A stretch of DNA of 64,000 bases from the NCBI GenBank assembly GCA_965644295.1, contig CBFFRP010000041.1:1-64000 (forward strand), written 5' to 3'. Source of the DNA: Paraphysomonas bandaiensis (Eukaryota; Protista; Chrysophyceae). Both the position numbers and the translations under genes were made by a program. Positions 50,838 to 64,000 of this stretch are shown here, in pieces. Within the stretch, counting starts at the first letter, position 1. The number at the start of each line of letters is the position of its first letter. The notes beneath the pieces were generated by a model that was not told the origin of the DNA, made no database searches, and saw nothing but the letters and a program-made list of their open reading frames with translations.

Positions 50838-51335
50838 CCCTCAACAAAGCCGGACTCGCACCTTTTTGTGGTGATCTGGGGGATAAATACCGGAGAGATT
50901 ATCTCTGGGAAACTAACGTGAGTCGCAAACATAGTCAGCTGATATTCCTCTGCCCACTCATAGCCGAATGCTTGTGTGGTACAAGGGACACCAATAAGTG
51001 TCACTTGTGTACACGTCTTTGGGCCCTGACAAATAAACAGGCATCCGGGAATGGGCTAACCTCAAGGGCATTCGGGACAGGGCCCACCTGAAGGGTAACC
51101 GGGGTATTGGGCTGCCTGCTGAAGTCAAGCATCCGGGATGTTCACCTTAAGAACTCAGAGCGGAAGTGGTCGCACCTTGGTGCTTGCGGCGACGCACAAG
51201 CAGCTTTCGCAGCGTTAAATAGTAGGATAAAAAAGTGTGCACTGATTAGTTACAGGTAGAGGTCTAACTAGTTTGTCTAGCATTCATCTAGCTACTAATA
51301 AGTTGGTGCAGGTTTTTTAACGCCTATTGCTAATA
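50838..51335. repeat. Dispersed structured repeat, copy B
   Basis: Homologous to 40090-40550; contains 3-4 internal ~27-bp repeats (ggcatccggga..gggc..acct.aag). Confidence 0.8.
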
Positions 51336-52860
51336 ATAATAGAAGTGTAACTGATAATGACGACGATATGAGACGATCGCGTATCTTCAACAGATACTCT
51401 CTCTAATTCAGTTTATGATATATTTCATTGAACATTATAACTCAATGATACAATCTTGTATTAAGCTGAATTCTAATAGAGTGAGAGAAATCCTTCGGAT
51501 CTTATTTTAGTTATCACTGGAGGGGTCAGGGGTAAATATAAGAAGATAGAAGATATACTATAAGGATGAAGTTGCTAGTTTAAAGATTGTTGATATGTAA
51601 TGAATGAATTGCAAACTATGCATCAAGTTGTTACTGATCTGTCATATGAAATCGCAGCCACATTGAAATAAGATTTATAGCTATAGCTAGCCTTAATGTT
51701 TAATGAAAGATATATGCTTCGTATTCTAATAAACATCACATTAAGAATAAAGCCTAATAGTATAATAGCAAGACACAGTTGAATAGATCATTAGAACCAA
51801 TCATACATTAGCTTATCTTGTACAGTCGTGTATCTTATATAGCCTGGTAATTATATATAGTCAGTGATAATTCATTGTATTAGCTCGTTGTATTTTGTAT
51901 TCACGCGTTAAGAGATATACGTAAGTCAATGCATCTTAATATATTGGCGATTTAATGAAGAGTTGGTGTTAGGATAAAAAGACTGTCGCTAAAGACCTTA
52001 ATATATTATATCAAATTTCAGAAACTATTTATTTGAATTACGTATCACTGGTTTGTTACCCACGGGTGTACTTGATTCGTTGCATAATTTTTTACTAAAA
52101 GGTATAATATGTATTTAACATGTTATAATATTATAGTAATTAATGTCTTACTAATAGCAATAGGCGTTTAAGAGTCAGGACTAATTTAGCATTGCTATTT
52201 AACTTACTAGTGTTTAACGTATTTCAAACTAACATAACAATATATTATTGGACATATTTGTTTCTTTTTTGCTTTGCACTCAGTTTCATGAGACGACCAT
52301 TCAATAGCTAAAACAGAATCCGAAGTGTTTCTCTCTCTCATGTGAGTGCTTTAGAATTAGTTATCCTATTCCCGTATATTGCAAAGTATTGTGATATTAG
52401 CAATAGACTTGTAATATTGGATTCAAGTGGGCTTACAAACAGTTGAGTCGTTCACATATAAAGAGAAGTCTGTTAGACCGGGTGGGTGAAATTTCAAGCT
52501 TGTGTTATTAATAAAGTTCAAGCTCGGGTTAACTCCGAAACACTCTTTGATCTAGTTACTAGTTACACTTCTTCTGATATCCTCATTTGAAGTAAACATT
52601 ATATTATATAGGTCGTACCTTATACCTTATACCTTATATCAATAATGCACTTTTCACCATATACATCACTTACGACTTACTACTACATTTGGTATTCATG
52701 GAAGCATTAGCCTTTATATGTTTATATCATATACATTATGTATTCCAGCAATTACAGTAGATCTAGAATTTATAATTCAAGCTTAAATCTATTTTCTGTA
52801 TTTGATCCATGATAGCATTTATTAAAAATTTGTACAGCAATCCCCTGATCCCCTGTATTC
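51320..52860. repeat. Cluster of degenerate nested MITE-like/inverted repeats
   Basis: Inverted matches 51470-51512/52303-52360, 51324/52395 and 51521/52841; 51750-51945 matches the MITE interior at 27405-27580; 52141-52177 is an inverted match to 40513-40550. Confidence 0.6.
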
Positions 52861-53143
52861 GGAAAAAAATAGCGTTTACTGTTTTCTGGAACTACTTTAC
52901 GCCACAATTACTACCGCGAGGAAAATATGCCTAGGGGCTAAGGTGTTGCTTGTAGGATGTAGAAAAACTAGTACACCTGGATGTAAAAGTACATAATTAT
53001 AGCTGCATCGTGAAAGTTGGCATAGAAGTGACAGAACATTCAGAGTCTATGATTTCAACACGAAACAATTCTAGCTACAATTCTACGATAGTACTCGTCC
53101 ATTCCAACGAAGTATCAATAGTGACAACGAGGATATTGTTGAA

Positions 53144-54714
53144 TTACCATCCTTCCGCATCGGTGCTCTGCTTCCAAGCATTGGTCTCTGCGGCAGCCTT
53201 TGCCTCAGCAGCTCCCAGCAGAGAGACGGGTTTCTGGCTTTGCGACCGGTCATACATATACTTGGCCATCCACTCCTCAGTTTCAGGTGCATCATCGGTG
53301 TCTGCGGACTGCTCATTCCAGGTCTCCGCAACATCTGCAGCAGCAGCTTCTTCTGCTCCAATTTGAGCGACAATTTTCTGAATATACCTCACTGCTTTGT
53401 TGACACCGTCCTGCTCCCCCACAACCAGCACATTCTGAGTTACAGACTGTGCACCTGGTATATGCACCGCGACTTTGAAGTTGTTCTGAATATGGCGGAT
53501 CTCGCTGCCCTTCGCGCCAATAATGTTGTTATACATTCGGGAGGGGATGTCCAGGGCAGAGTGCACGAGTCCAGGGTGAGTGACAGGGCTGTGAAAGAAT
53601 TGCTGAATCTCACGGATTACTTCCTTGGCGCGGGCGATGTTCTCGCGTGGCCCAGCAATCCCTATCTTAACAGTGGCCTTGTCATCCTTACCAGCTCCGA
53701 CAGGAATAGATACACGCACTCCTAGTTTATCTTGTAATGTCCTTATGCAAGAACCATTCTTCCCAATTATCTCCGAGAGATACCTACATGAATACAAACA
53801 ATAAGACATATACGCTACCTCGCGATACGGAACATCCGGAAGAAAAAATGAAGTAAAAATACTCACATACTGCCAACTGTTATAGAAGACTCTTGGAAAT
53901 TATCGCCCTCCAGGACACTCGCATAACCCTTTACGCATATCTCATCGATAATAGCTTTGGCCTTGTTGATAGCCTCTGCTGTGCCCACAACGGTCACACT
54001 GGTGGGGCCAGCATCGCGGTCCACCTTCGGCATTGTCAGCGTTACACCAGAAGCCTCTTGAATAGCCCGCAGGGTTACGCCTTTGGGTCCGATGAGGGCA
54101 CCAATTTTCTTGGCATCCACGGGAACCTTTACAGAGGCATGTTCTGGAGCGGATGGAACAGCTGCTTCAGAGGCTACCGGTGTAGATGCTTCCTTCTTTG
54201 CTTTCTTCGGCTTTTGCTTACGTTTGTCCTCTACGACATTCCAACCATCTGCTGCGGGCATAGCAGGAGTGGGAGCAGGCTCCACTACCTTGGGCTCCTT
54301 TGGCGCAGATACATCAGATGCTTCAATCGCGGCAGCCTCCGATTCTTTCTTCTTCTGCTTTGCTAATTTCTGTCTTTCCAACCTAGCGGCCCTCTGCTCA
54401 GGGGTTTCCTTAGATTTCTTTCCCTTTTTTTCGGTGGCTGCCGCTGGTGTGACAGCGTCAACTTCTGGAGTGGTGACCTTGACAGGCTCTTGAGGTTTGG
54501 GCGCAGGCGCAGCAGATTTTGTTGAGACTTTCTGCTGAGAAGAAGTATTCTTTTCTGTCTTGACTGTATCAGATTTCTTTTTAGATTGTTTCTTTGTCTG
54601 CTTATTATTGCTCTTTGGTGAAGTGTTCTGAGAACTCATACATACAACTACACCAACTAGAGTTGCAATAACCGCAGAGCCAGCAGCCAATACAGCTGCA
54701 TCAACTTCCACCAT
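53144..54714 (-). CDS. Triple-KH RNA-binding protein with N-terminal transmembrane anchor
   Basis: Three GxxG KH motifs (IGPKG, IIGKNG, IIGAKG); N-terminal hydrophobic helix followed by a Lys-rich region; one intron. Confidence 0.85.
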
Positions 54715-55272
54715 AATGACTAATACGATTGAAAATAAGGTTTCAAACAATACGTGATGCTTTCAGAATATTGGGGTGTTCAAACAATGCAGTAAATAAG
54801 AGACAGCCAAGTGTTGAGAGGGCTGCCTATGCATGCAATAGCTTGCATGCATGTTGTGTGTGTGGGACTGTGTGACTATGTACGCTGCACCCCTCATACG
54901 GCCCTACATATATATACACTGTATATACCTCCCAGATACTGCTGTATTCTCTCCTATATTCCACACCTCACATCTTAGCCTTTTTTTTGCCTACATCTTT
55001 ATAACAATTTTTGATTGAAATTATACACTACAGTATGTAAAATTACACGGTATTGTTGTTTTTTATTACAAATACACGGGTTTTAGTAGAAAATATATGA
55101 TTATTATTAAAAAAAATTACAAAAATGCCGAAATTTGTCTATAGATTAAGTTGCGACTGTTTCAATGTGATGTCCTGCAGTTTGATAGTGTCTCTTAAAG
55201 TAACAACAAGAGCCATAGATCTCCTCATTAGAGGCAATACAGGAGACTATTCAACAATATTATTGATCTAAT

Positions 55273-56725
55273 ATGAGTGAGAAACGTCTTGAAACACCTG
55301 CCCCTCCACCGGCTAGACTTCTTACTATGGAAATAGAATGTTTTCATAGAAAGATTAAAGAATTAGAAGGAAAATCATATAGAGAAGAAGAAGTAGCATT
55401 ATATCGTGCTGAGATTGTACTTCGTATTGATCTTTATCGTCTGTCTACTAGTGTAGCCTATACAAGGATATCAGATGTTCCTCGTATCGATAAGATGGCT
55501 CTAGTTAAATTATTTGAGAGTTTAGGGGGACACAGCTGGAAGAGAAAATTTGGCTGGACCGGACAGTCACAGACGTCTATTAAGCCTGCAATTGGAATGT
55601 TTGAAGCAGAAGCACAGCTATTTGATGGTGTCGAAACATCTGATAAGACTGTTACAGCACTTAAGTTAACCAACAACGCATGTGAGGGGGAGTTGCCTGG
55701 GAAAATTGGAGATCTATCAAATTTGACGACTCTGTATATCGATATTAATAACTTGGAAGGAAGTTTACCGCACGGATTAGGGCGTTTAGAGAAGCTTGAA
55801 TTTGTAAATCTTTCCTGCAATAATCTAGGCGGTGAAATAGATGAACGCTGTCTGACCAAACTCCGAACCCTCCGTATACTTGATTTATCGTTTAACAAAA
55901 TGACTGGGGAGCTACCCGATTGCTTTGACAGTGTGACAAAGCTACAAGATCTTAATTTGTCAGGTAATTCCTTTGAAGGCGCTTTACCGAACTCTATGGC
56001 CACACTTGTTAATCTTCGAAACTTAAAAATGTACTCGAATAATTTTTCTGGTCCACTCCCTCGATTCTTTATGTACTTTACTAACCTGCTTACCATAAAT
56101 ATGTCGCAAAACAAGTACGTGAATTATATTATTTCTTTAAATCTTGACAAGTTGTAGGTTTACTGGTGGGTTGAATCAACTATTCTCCTGTGTGAAACTA
56201 AAGCGGATATCTCTAAGTAATAACCTCCTAACTGAGCCCCTTGATGGTGGAATATCTGCATTACAAAGTTTAGAGTTGTTGTATTTGAATGGTAATTCAA
56301 TTGGTGGTAGAATACCGGTGGGGATATGTAATTTGAAGTTTTTGAAGTTCATCAATCTGTCGGACAACGAGCTTGTTGGTGCCTTACCTGAAGAATTTGG
56401 TAACATGTCATGGCTTAAACTTTGCACTTTGAGCAATAATCGCTTATGTGGGCCCATACCAAGCACGATATCAAAGCTTGTGAACCTCAGAGACTTCCAT
56501 ATATTTACTTCATCTAAATCAGAAACAATGTCCTTGCAAAGGGCTTTTACTAAGCACCTATTCGACCGTGTTTACTGCTGGGGCACGTCTGTGGGGATTG
56601 ACAATGTTACTTGGGAGTTGCCTACAATGGATGATATTGGCAATGTATTTGCTGCAAAGAAGAAACCGAAAAGTCGCTCAGAGTACGATGATGAAGATTC
56701 TGAGTCCTCTGATGAGGACAGTTAG
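55273..56725 (+). CDS. Leucine-rich repeat protein (plant-type LxxLxLxxNxLxGxIP repeats)
   Basis: About ten 24-aa LRRs over two exons; no signal peptide or kinase domain. Confidence 0.9.
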
Positions 56726-57975
56726 TAGTACTTGTGGTATAGATTAGTATATGTACAAGTTATCTTATCTGACTTGTATATGTTTCCAGTGTCTTTTAAC
56801 AGTGTTTGTTGTTGTGAGTTGTGAATGCATGTTGTATATTTTGTAATTAGAAGAGTATTTGCGACATAAACCCCAATGTATCTTGTTTTGAAGTAGTGCA
56901 ATATAGGCTTGTCCGATTCCACACAGACAGGGGTGATAATGGGATTTATCCATATACTTTTCTCTTTTCTCCAATATTATGCTATCGCTTCATAAATAGA
57001 ACGGCCTAAGTAGATAGCCCTTTATATGTAACATCCCATCCGTGCTGTCATCAAGGTTTGGTTTCATCTGCGTCAGGTGATGTAGGTGCTGCTCACTGCC
57101 CACATTTCTCCTGCAACTTCAGCACCATCCACTGAGCCGACTCCAAGTTTCTCTGCTTTTCAAAAGACGAAATGAATATATACACAACAGGAGAGTAAGT
57201 TGGTACTCAAGCATAAATGAGATGTGCTGGTATGATGTGTGTCGTACTAATAAACATTACTTCACTTAACATGGTTGATATCATTTCTTTTCTGTTCTTT
57301 GTTCTTGAAACTGCTACTATTATTACTATGTGTGTTCCTAATAATGGGGTAGGTTTAGTGAAAGAGATCTCTTTCGTATTAATCACAATATACTAACACG
57401 AATGCATATTATATATAATGATAACAACTATACTCCAAACTGACTGGAAGCTTAATCAGAGCCAGTAAAAATAAATAGTAATATAATATTTTTAAGACCA
57501 GTAATAACTCATAAATATATAGCAAAATATTGATATATTTTTGGGTTCTAGGAAGAAAGCATTAGCTTGACCCGTGTAGTAACTAGTAACTGGTTAGTAG
57601 ATGATACAACATGTCAACTAGTATTCCAACTTTTTGTCACTGTCGTTCTTATTCTCATCATGATCGAACGGCGCATCTGCCTCTGCTGAATATATGCTCC
57701 ACAACAGTAGCTGTACTGAATATGTGCTTGGTCGATCAATACTTGTTGTCAAGCTGTCGTCGTCACGTCTTGGTGGCTATGCAGCAGCATCATTTTTTAC
57801 ATTTGCCACTTCAACGGCACTATCCAGTGATCCAGCTTCTTCGTATTCGCAGCACCACCATGATCGCTAACAATAGCTTCCCAGCAGGCCTAATCTAGCC
57901 AGTAGCCACATGCATGTAGTCCACTCTTTGCACGTAAATTGCATAATACTCATGCTTGATGGTACAGTTTAATTC

Positions 57976-59348
57976 TTATATTAATTTATTTTGCACTACA
58001 GGACTACTACTAACTTCATCATTAGAACCTTGAAACTCTACATCACTAATGTCATCTATACTTTCATCGTAATAATCAGTGAGTTGGCTCCTCCCTGGGT
58101 CTACAACATTGAAAATTGTCTTTAATAGCTGTTTTGTCCAGCGCCACTCTCTTGTCAAATCTATGAACATTTCATTCATTGCCTCTGAACCTAGGTTGTT
58201 CTCCCAGCGCTCCCTTTCTGCGGCTATAGACTACATACAGAATTATAAAATCAGGCTTCAGACCGTGGAACAAGTACCTGAAGTGGTGCAGGCAGGATTG
58301 ATGTCACAAGTGGGTACTTGTGTGCGAGGGACAACATGAAATTTCGCAAAAACTAGATTCGACAGTGGTTAAGCACGCAACTCCATTTTACATCAGAGTA
58401 TACTTATACCTGAAACATAAAACGAACTGGCCTCAGGCGGGACAGCCACAACATAGGAACAGAAGATATGAATAGCTTCTTACTCATAAGAGAGTGCGAC
58501 CCGATATATCCATATCCCAAAAGGAGAGCAGAGTAGTACATAAGCGATCGCACATCATCCATGTTTGTATTAAAAAAATTGGCGAATGCTGCTGACAGGG
58601 GGCTGTATGAGGCTACTATACTTTCTGCATCCCCAGATGATCCCTTCGAATTCACTGTTGAATCCATGACTTCTGCGCTCTTCTCGGCCTCAATGGCGGA
58701 AGCTATGTCGCTAATATATTTGCTGTGCATAGTTTGGTTGAAAACGGAGAATATGTTCATATATTTTTTACTTTCTGTGTCTACTTCACCGATTGAGGTA
58801 GCCTCTTCAGAGTCACCTGTCGCTTGTATACGAGATGGATGCAAAAGGTGCGACAATTTACTATTTAAGTACACCTCTTGCGTGCATAAAGCTGCATACG
58901 CCTCCACAGCCTGGGACACACTCATCGGCTTGTTGTATATATTGGTTCCTGATATCATATCCAGCTGTATGACCAGAGATCGTGTGCGGACAGAACTTGA
59001 CAAGAGAGAACCCAACGTACGGTCATCGTGAAGCTGATTTAACCCAAAATACAATTCTTGTAGCTCTACAGGTGGATTACCAGGAAATTTCTTGTTGATG
59101 ATACTCTTCAATTCAGCAACTGTTACATCTGGAGACAAATCCAGTTTAATTTTTTTGTCGAGAAACTGAGATCCAAACTTGGAAACGACATGAACAGAAA
59201 CACGATCAGTTTCTTCTGCATTACCTCCACGAAAATATAATGCTTTTAGACCGATTGGTACAGAGGTATGTAGTGGTTTGAAGGCATTCAGTTGTCTGCA
59301 TTGCAATGGAGTCAGTAGTGTTAGAAACAGTACAATAGAAAGATGCAT
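57976..59348 (-). CDS. Signal-peptide, ubiquitin-like domain membrane protein
   Basis: MHLSIVLFLTLL signal peptide, ALYFRGG motif, Ubl (KIKLDLSPDVTVAELKSII..PPVELQELYFGLNQLHDD), C-terminal hydrophobic helices; three exons. Confidence 0.7.
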
Positions 59349-59624
59349 GGAGTAAATGGGTTGCAAAGAGATAAGATCAATGTTGAAACATAAGCTCAGT
59401 AGGTCATTTTGATATCTGGATGGATGGATAATGCTGTTCCATGCAGCCGAGCATATGCACAGTATGGATGAGTGTATATATATATGTGTATGTACTGGCA
59501 GACTGCCGTGTACAGGGAGCACATGTGTACTATAGCAGATAGAGTGTCTATAGTCTATAGTACAGAGTACCGGCATATGCAATAGAGACACAAGCAGACA
59601 CACGTACTGTACCGGTACATTATA

Positions 59625-59792
59625 CGACACACATACACACATACACACATACATGTGCAGCAGTACACTGTGCATGATATGATCATACATACATACATAC
59701 ATACACATACACATACACACATACACACATACACATACACACATACATGTACAGCAGTACACTGTGCATGATATGACACACATACATACATA
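59625..59792. repeat. Degenerate CATA/CA microsatellite in a divergent promoter
   Basis: Mixed catacaca repeats, with a duplicated cagcagtacactgtgcatgatatga. Confidence 0.85.
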
Positions 59793-59849
59793 TCTCCACA
59801 CACACCTTCACAGTGCTGGTTACCCATCCATCTGACCTCTATCCCATCA

Positions 59850-62800
59850 ATGTCCCTCTCATCTCTCCTCCTATGGTTCCTATCTCTCTCTCTATCTCCC
59901 ATATCATCTCTATCCCTCCAATGGACTCTATATAACTGTGATAAGACCCTCTCTATCCCCGCCCATGTCCCGGGCACCATACACACTGATCTCATTACTG
60001 CAGGGATCATACAAGACAATCCTTACTATCGATTTAATGAGATAGATCAGTCATGGGTCTCCAGAGAGGAGTGCTGGAGATACATGTCGTCCTTTACCAC
60101 TAACGAGATGGATAGAGATGCTCCTGTATATATACGACTCACTGGAGTGGATACTGTTGCAACTATTCGAATTAATGAACAAATTGTAGGAGAAACTGAT
60201 AATGCATTTCGTAATTATACACTGCGTATTCCTGATAATCTTCTTTCATCTGATGAGAACTCTATTGAAATAAAAATTCTGAGCCCGATTAGTTACGCAC
60301 ATGATAAGGCTTCTCGCTACGCATATTCTGTTCCACATACAGAGAACTACAACGTATGGACAGAACCATCAAATCGGAATTTTGTTCGCAAAGCCGGGTC
60401 AGACTATGGCTGGGACTGGGGTCCAGCATATGCACCTTCCGGTATTACTGGAGGCGTGTCGTTATTCCAATCACCTTATGGTAGGGTTGATAGCTTGGTG
60501 GTATTACAGTCACTCTCACCAAGCTATGAGGAAGTGACTTTAGAACCGAAGCTTCGAGTTTTTGGAGTTTCGGAGAAGTCTCAAGTGAAAGTCTCTGTTT
60601 ACATTGATGGTGATGAGAAACTGTCTAATATGTACGCGCTAGACTCTTCAGGGGACACGGAATATATATCGTTAACACTAGGCACTCTACGTCTGTCGAA
60701 TCCCGTATTATGGTATCCTATTGGTCACGGTAATCCGCACATGTATTCCGTCAAAGTAAAGTACTGTCCAACTTCCGACGGCGACCAATGTCAGGAGATT
60801 CATAAAAAAATCGGAATTCGCTCCGTGGAACTAGTTCGAGAATATATTACTACACCCAGGGCTGAGAGCCAGTGGAAAAATTCAACCATTCATTCTTCAC
60901 GCTCATTGAAAACTAGTACTGTTGATATTCCCACACTCTATACTGTACCCCCTCAAACATTCTACTTTAAAGTCAACGGTGTTGCGGTGTATGCACGAGG
61001 GGCTAATTTCATACCTATCGATAGCTTTTCCAGTCGTATCACTCAAGCAGACCGGTAGGGTATAGTTATTTTAGCATTTTCTTTTTTATACTTGTACTGT
61101 GAACGGGCACCTGTGTACTATGCTTGCCTTGTTGATATGACATTCTGTGTTAGGGAGTACATACTACGCACTGCAGTCCAAGCTAATATGAATATGATTC
61201 GTGTGTGGGGCGGGGGTGTTTATCAGCCTGATGATTTTTATGATCTGGCAGATGAGATGGGGTTAATGGTGTGGGAGGAAACGATGTATGCCTGTGCCCT
61301 ATACCCAAGGTCAGTAATATATGTTGTAGTAGTGGCGTGGCCATCTTTATATTATTTGCTTAAAATATCATTCTTTCAGGGATGAGGAATTTTTGAAGAA
61401 TGTTTACGCTGAAATAGAAGATATGGTGTGGCGCCTGTCATCCCACCCGTCTGTTGTCATATGGGGTGGAAACAATGAAAATGAAGTTGCACTGGGATGG
61501 TTCGAAATATCTATCAATAACAGGTATATTGATCATACCATCATGTGTTATGTATATGCGCAATCGTAAACAAGCTAATTCTTTATCGTCAGAGATTTAT
61601 ATGTTGCTGATTACACGAAGCTATATGTGGATACGATATATCGGGCGGTTGGTGACGTCGAAGGCCATTCTCAAAGACCATGGGTCGATTCTAGTCCTTC
61701 GAATGGTATAATTGAGTCGGATCCATATGTGAAGCAATGGGGAGCTGCGTCTACTGCATCGGCTGGAGATGTACACTTTTATGACTACTCTAGTGATTGC
61801 GAGAGCCCCAGTATGTATCCGCGTGCGAAATTTATATCGGAATTTGGATTTCAAGTTCACCCTTCTTATCTAGCCTATGAACCCGTGACAGACGAGAAAG
61901 ACCGAGATATGTCATCAGAGTTTATTGCATATCGTCAGCGTCATGAAAATGGCAACGAGCAAATGGAAGCTCAAATATCGCGCCACTTTAATTTACCTGC
62001 TACATGCGGCAGCGACACTGAGCCAATGGGATCTTTTGATATGTATTTGTATCTATCTCAAGTACAGCAGAGTCGATGCTATGAAACTGCTATCAACTAC
62101 TGGAGAAGTTTGAGATCAGTTGCAGATGCTCAAACTATGGGCATATTGTATTGGCAATTAAATGATATTTGGCAGGTCAGTTTTTGTCTTCATTTGAATA
62201 TGTTTTGGCATGAGATCATATGGCAGTGCGATGATTGGGTACACTGTGTTTGTTTTTATAACACCTATTTATGCACATTTTCTTTTAATAGGGTCCAAGT
62301 TGGTCTAGTACAGAATGGGGTGGGAGGTGGAAGCCTCTCCAATATACAGTATCCCGATCATTTTCACCAGTTGCAGTTAATTTTGTTGGAGAGCCTGCTG
62401 GGGATGCGGTGGAACTCTGGGCGGTCAATGACATGCCATTGGATGTGACTGTGACTTATTCTGCCTACTTGATTTCGTGGGAAGCTTCAGGGGAATTAAA
62501 CGACGATATGGTTGTGCACAGTGGCAAGAAGTCTGTACGTGGTGGTAGCAGCATTCGGTTATCAGTATTATCTGTGGACAGCATACTCAAATTTGGAAAC
62601 GACCCCACCTGCACAAGAGAAACATGTTTTTTAATGGTCAGGTCGACTGCAACATCTTCATCTGATGAAGTCTCAGTACCTGAAAGTGTTTTTTATTTGG
62701 ATATTATGAAGAACCAAAAGTTGTCGTCCGCACCACGCATCGAAGTATCGAATATTCGGGAGTTATCTAAGTACGAGGTGGAGTTCGATCTGAAACTAGA

Positions 62801-63041
62801 CAAAACAAGTCCTTTTGTTTTTATGGAATTAACTGGGTCAAATGACCTTGACCAAAACCCCTCATCAATTGGAGTCAACAATAAAAACGCGGGCTGGTTC
62901 AACAATAACAATTTCTTGGCAATTGGGAATGTTATCTACAGCATGAAATATACCTCTCACCTACCATTGAGTTCCCCTGAGGATTTTGCGAAGAGGTTAA
63001 AGATACGCTCCTTACAGAATGTAAAAACTACCTGCGATTAG
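59850..63041 (+). CDS. MANBA: Beta-mannosidase, glycoside hydrolase family 2
   Basis: Signal peptide; [57 protein letters not shown] (acid/base), GDVHFY, KFISEFG (nucleophile), [10 protein letters not shown]. Confidence 0.95.
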
Positions 63042-64000
63042 TGACTACTATTATTTATATGTACCAAATTGGGATGATGATATATGCATACTCAAGAAAT
63101 GCTATTTCAGCTTACACATAATTGCTACACTACTCAGCAGCTTTGCTACCAATCCTTGATTACGCAGTGCCTGTGGATATGCTTAGTGGAGCCATGAAAA
63201 CTAATTTAATAATGGATTTCATTTTAAGTATTTGTGAATTGGCGTGTACCTAACACGCGCGGTCTACCGGTCTACGCACTGTTTCGAAAATGCATATATT
63301 AATAGTACAGTGGTACATACGGTCAACTACTTCGTATATGGTAGTATTGAACTATTGAACACAAAATTATCAGCAGCAGGTTAACAGTAAATTCTGATTA
63401 ATACTTGCCTGAATAACATGAATCAAATATGCAATACACACACCAATTATTTTAAACACTCTGTCCCAGAGCCTGGTAATCGTTAATGGTAATGCTATTA
63501 TAACTGCCGGGACATTTTTCATTAATGCCGCAAATTGGTACTTGATATATATGATGCTATATATATTATATTGTTGGAATACGTATGTTTCACTAAAATA
63601 GGACTGTAAAATACGTTAAATACAATGTAAAAATAGTATTACTTTGATATAGCATATAGCTATAACTGTGAATCTGAAGTATTGTATCATGACCATTCAA
63701 GATACGGAAGTTGAGCAGTGGTTGACATGAACGAAATAAATTATCATGTTGTTGACATGTTTTACATTGCAACACACACAATTGTGTATGTAGTATAATA
63801 AAAGAGTCTTATCTAGATTGATTACAATAAACTTCTCTTAACGATCGTAATTGTGAAAATAACCAATAGTCAATATATAGAACTAAGTGAAATCTAAACA
63901 ATTTTAAACAATTTTCATGTAACTCTACAGCTACTTTTTGTAGCAACTTTATTTATTATCAGTGGCAAACGTAATGGATTAAGAATTAGAAAATAGTTTT

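Noticed and set aside
50909-50950. Hammerhead-like GAAA..GTC..CTGA arrangement
   Set aside because: No stem I, the CTGANGA core is incomplete, and it is not conserved in copy A.

Overview
Gene-dense eukaryotic genomic DNA with short (~45-60 nt) GT-AG introns. The gene set and an RGG-type motif after a signal peptide suggest a protist, probably a stramenopile, but this is inference only. Recognisable genes: TPR, MO25/CAB39, a Kelch-BTB protein, a WW-less PIN1 parvulin, a C2-DENN-WD40 protein, SGF29, RPL35, HTATSF1-like, a divergent ATG6/Beclin, UBC12, COX15, a longin R-SNARE, a membrane-anchored KH protein, an LRR protein, a Ubl membrane protein, a GH2 beta-mannosidase and one solitary 5S rRNA gene. 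Accessory DNA includes a young, internally deleted chromovirus-type LTR element (identical 134-bp LTRs, 5-bp TSD), long (CATA)n tracts, MITE-like repeats and a structured dispersed repeat. The most interesting locus is a ~2.2-kb tandem triplication (17.5-24.1 kb). Each unit carries an intact two-exon gene whose product aligns by eye to histone H3 (tail, alphaN, alpha1, alpha2) with K4I/K9R-like substitutions, a long loop-1 insertion and a new C-terminal domain. The copies differ almost only at amino-acid-changing sites, and each unit also carries a copied fragment of the neighbouring DENN-WD40 gene. All homology calls are by-eye motif recognition; no searches were run.
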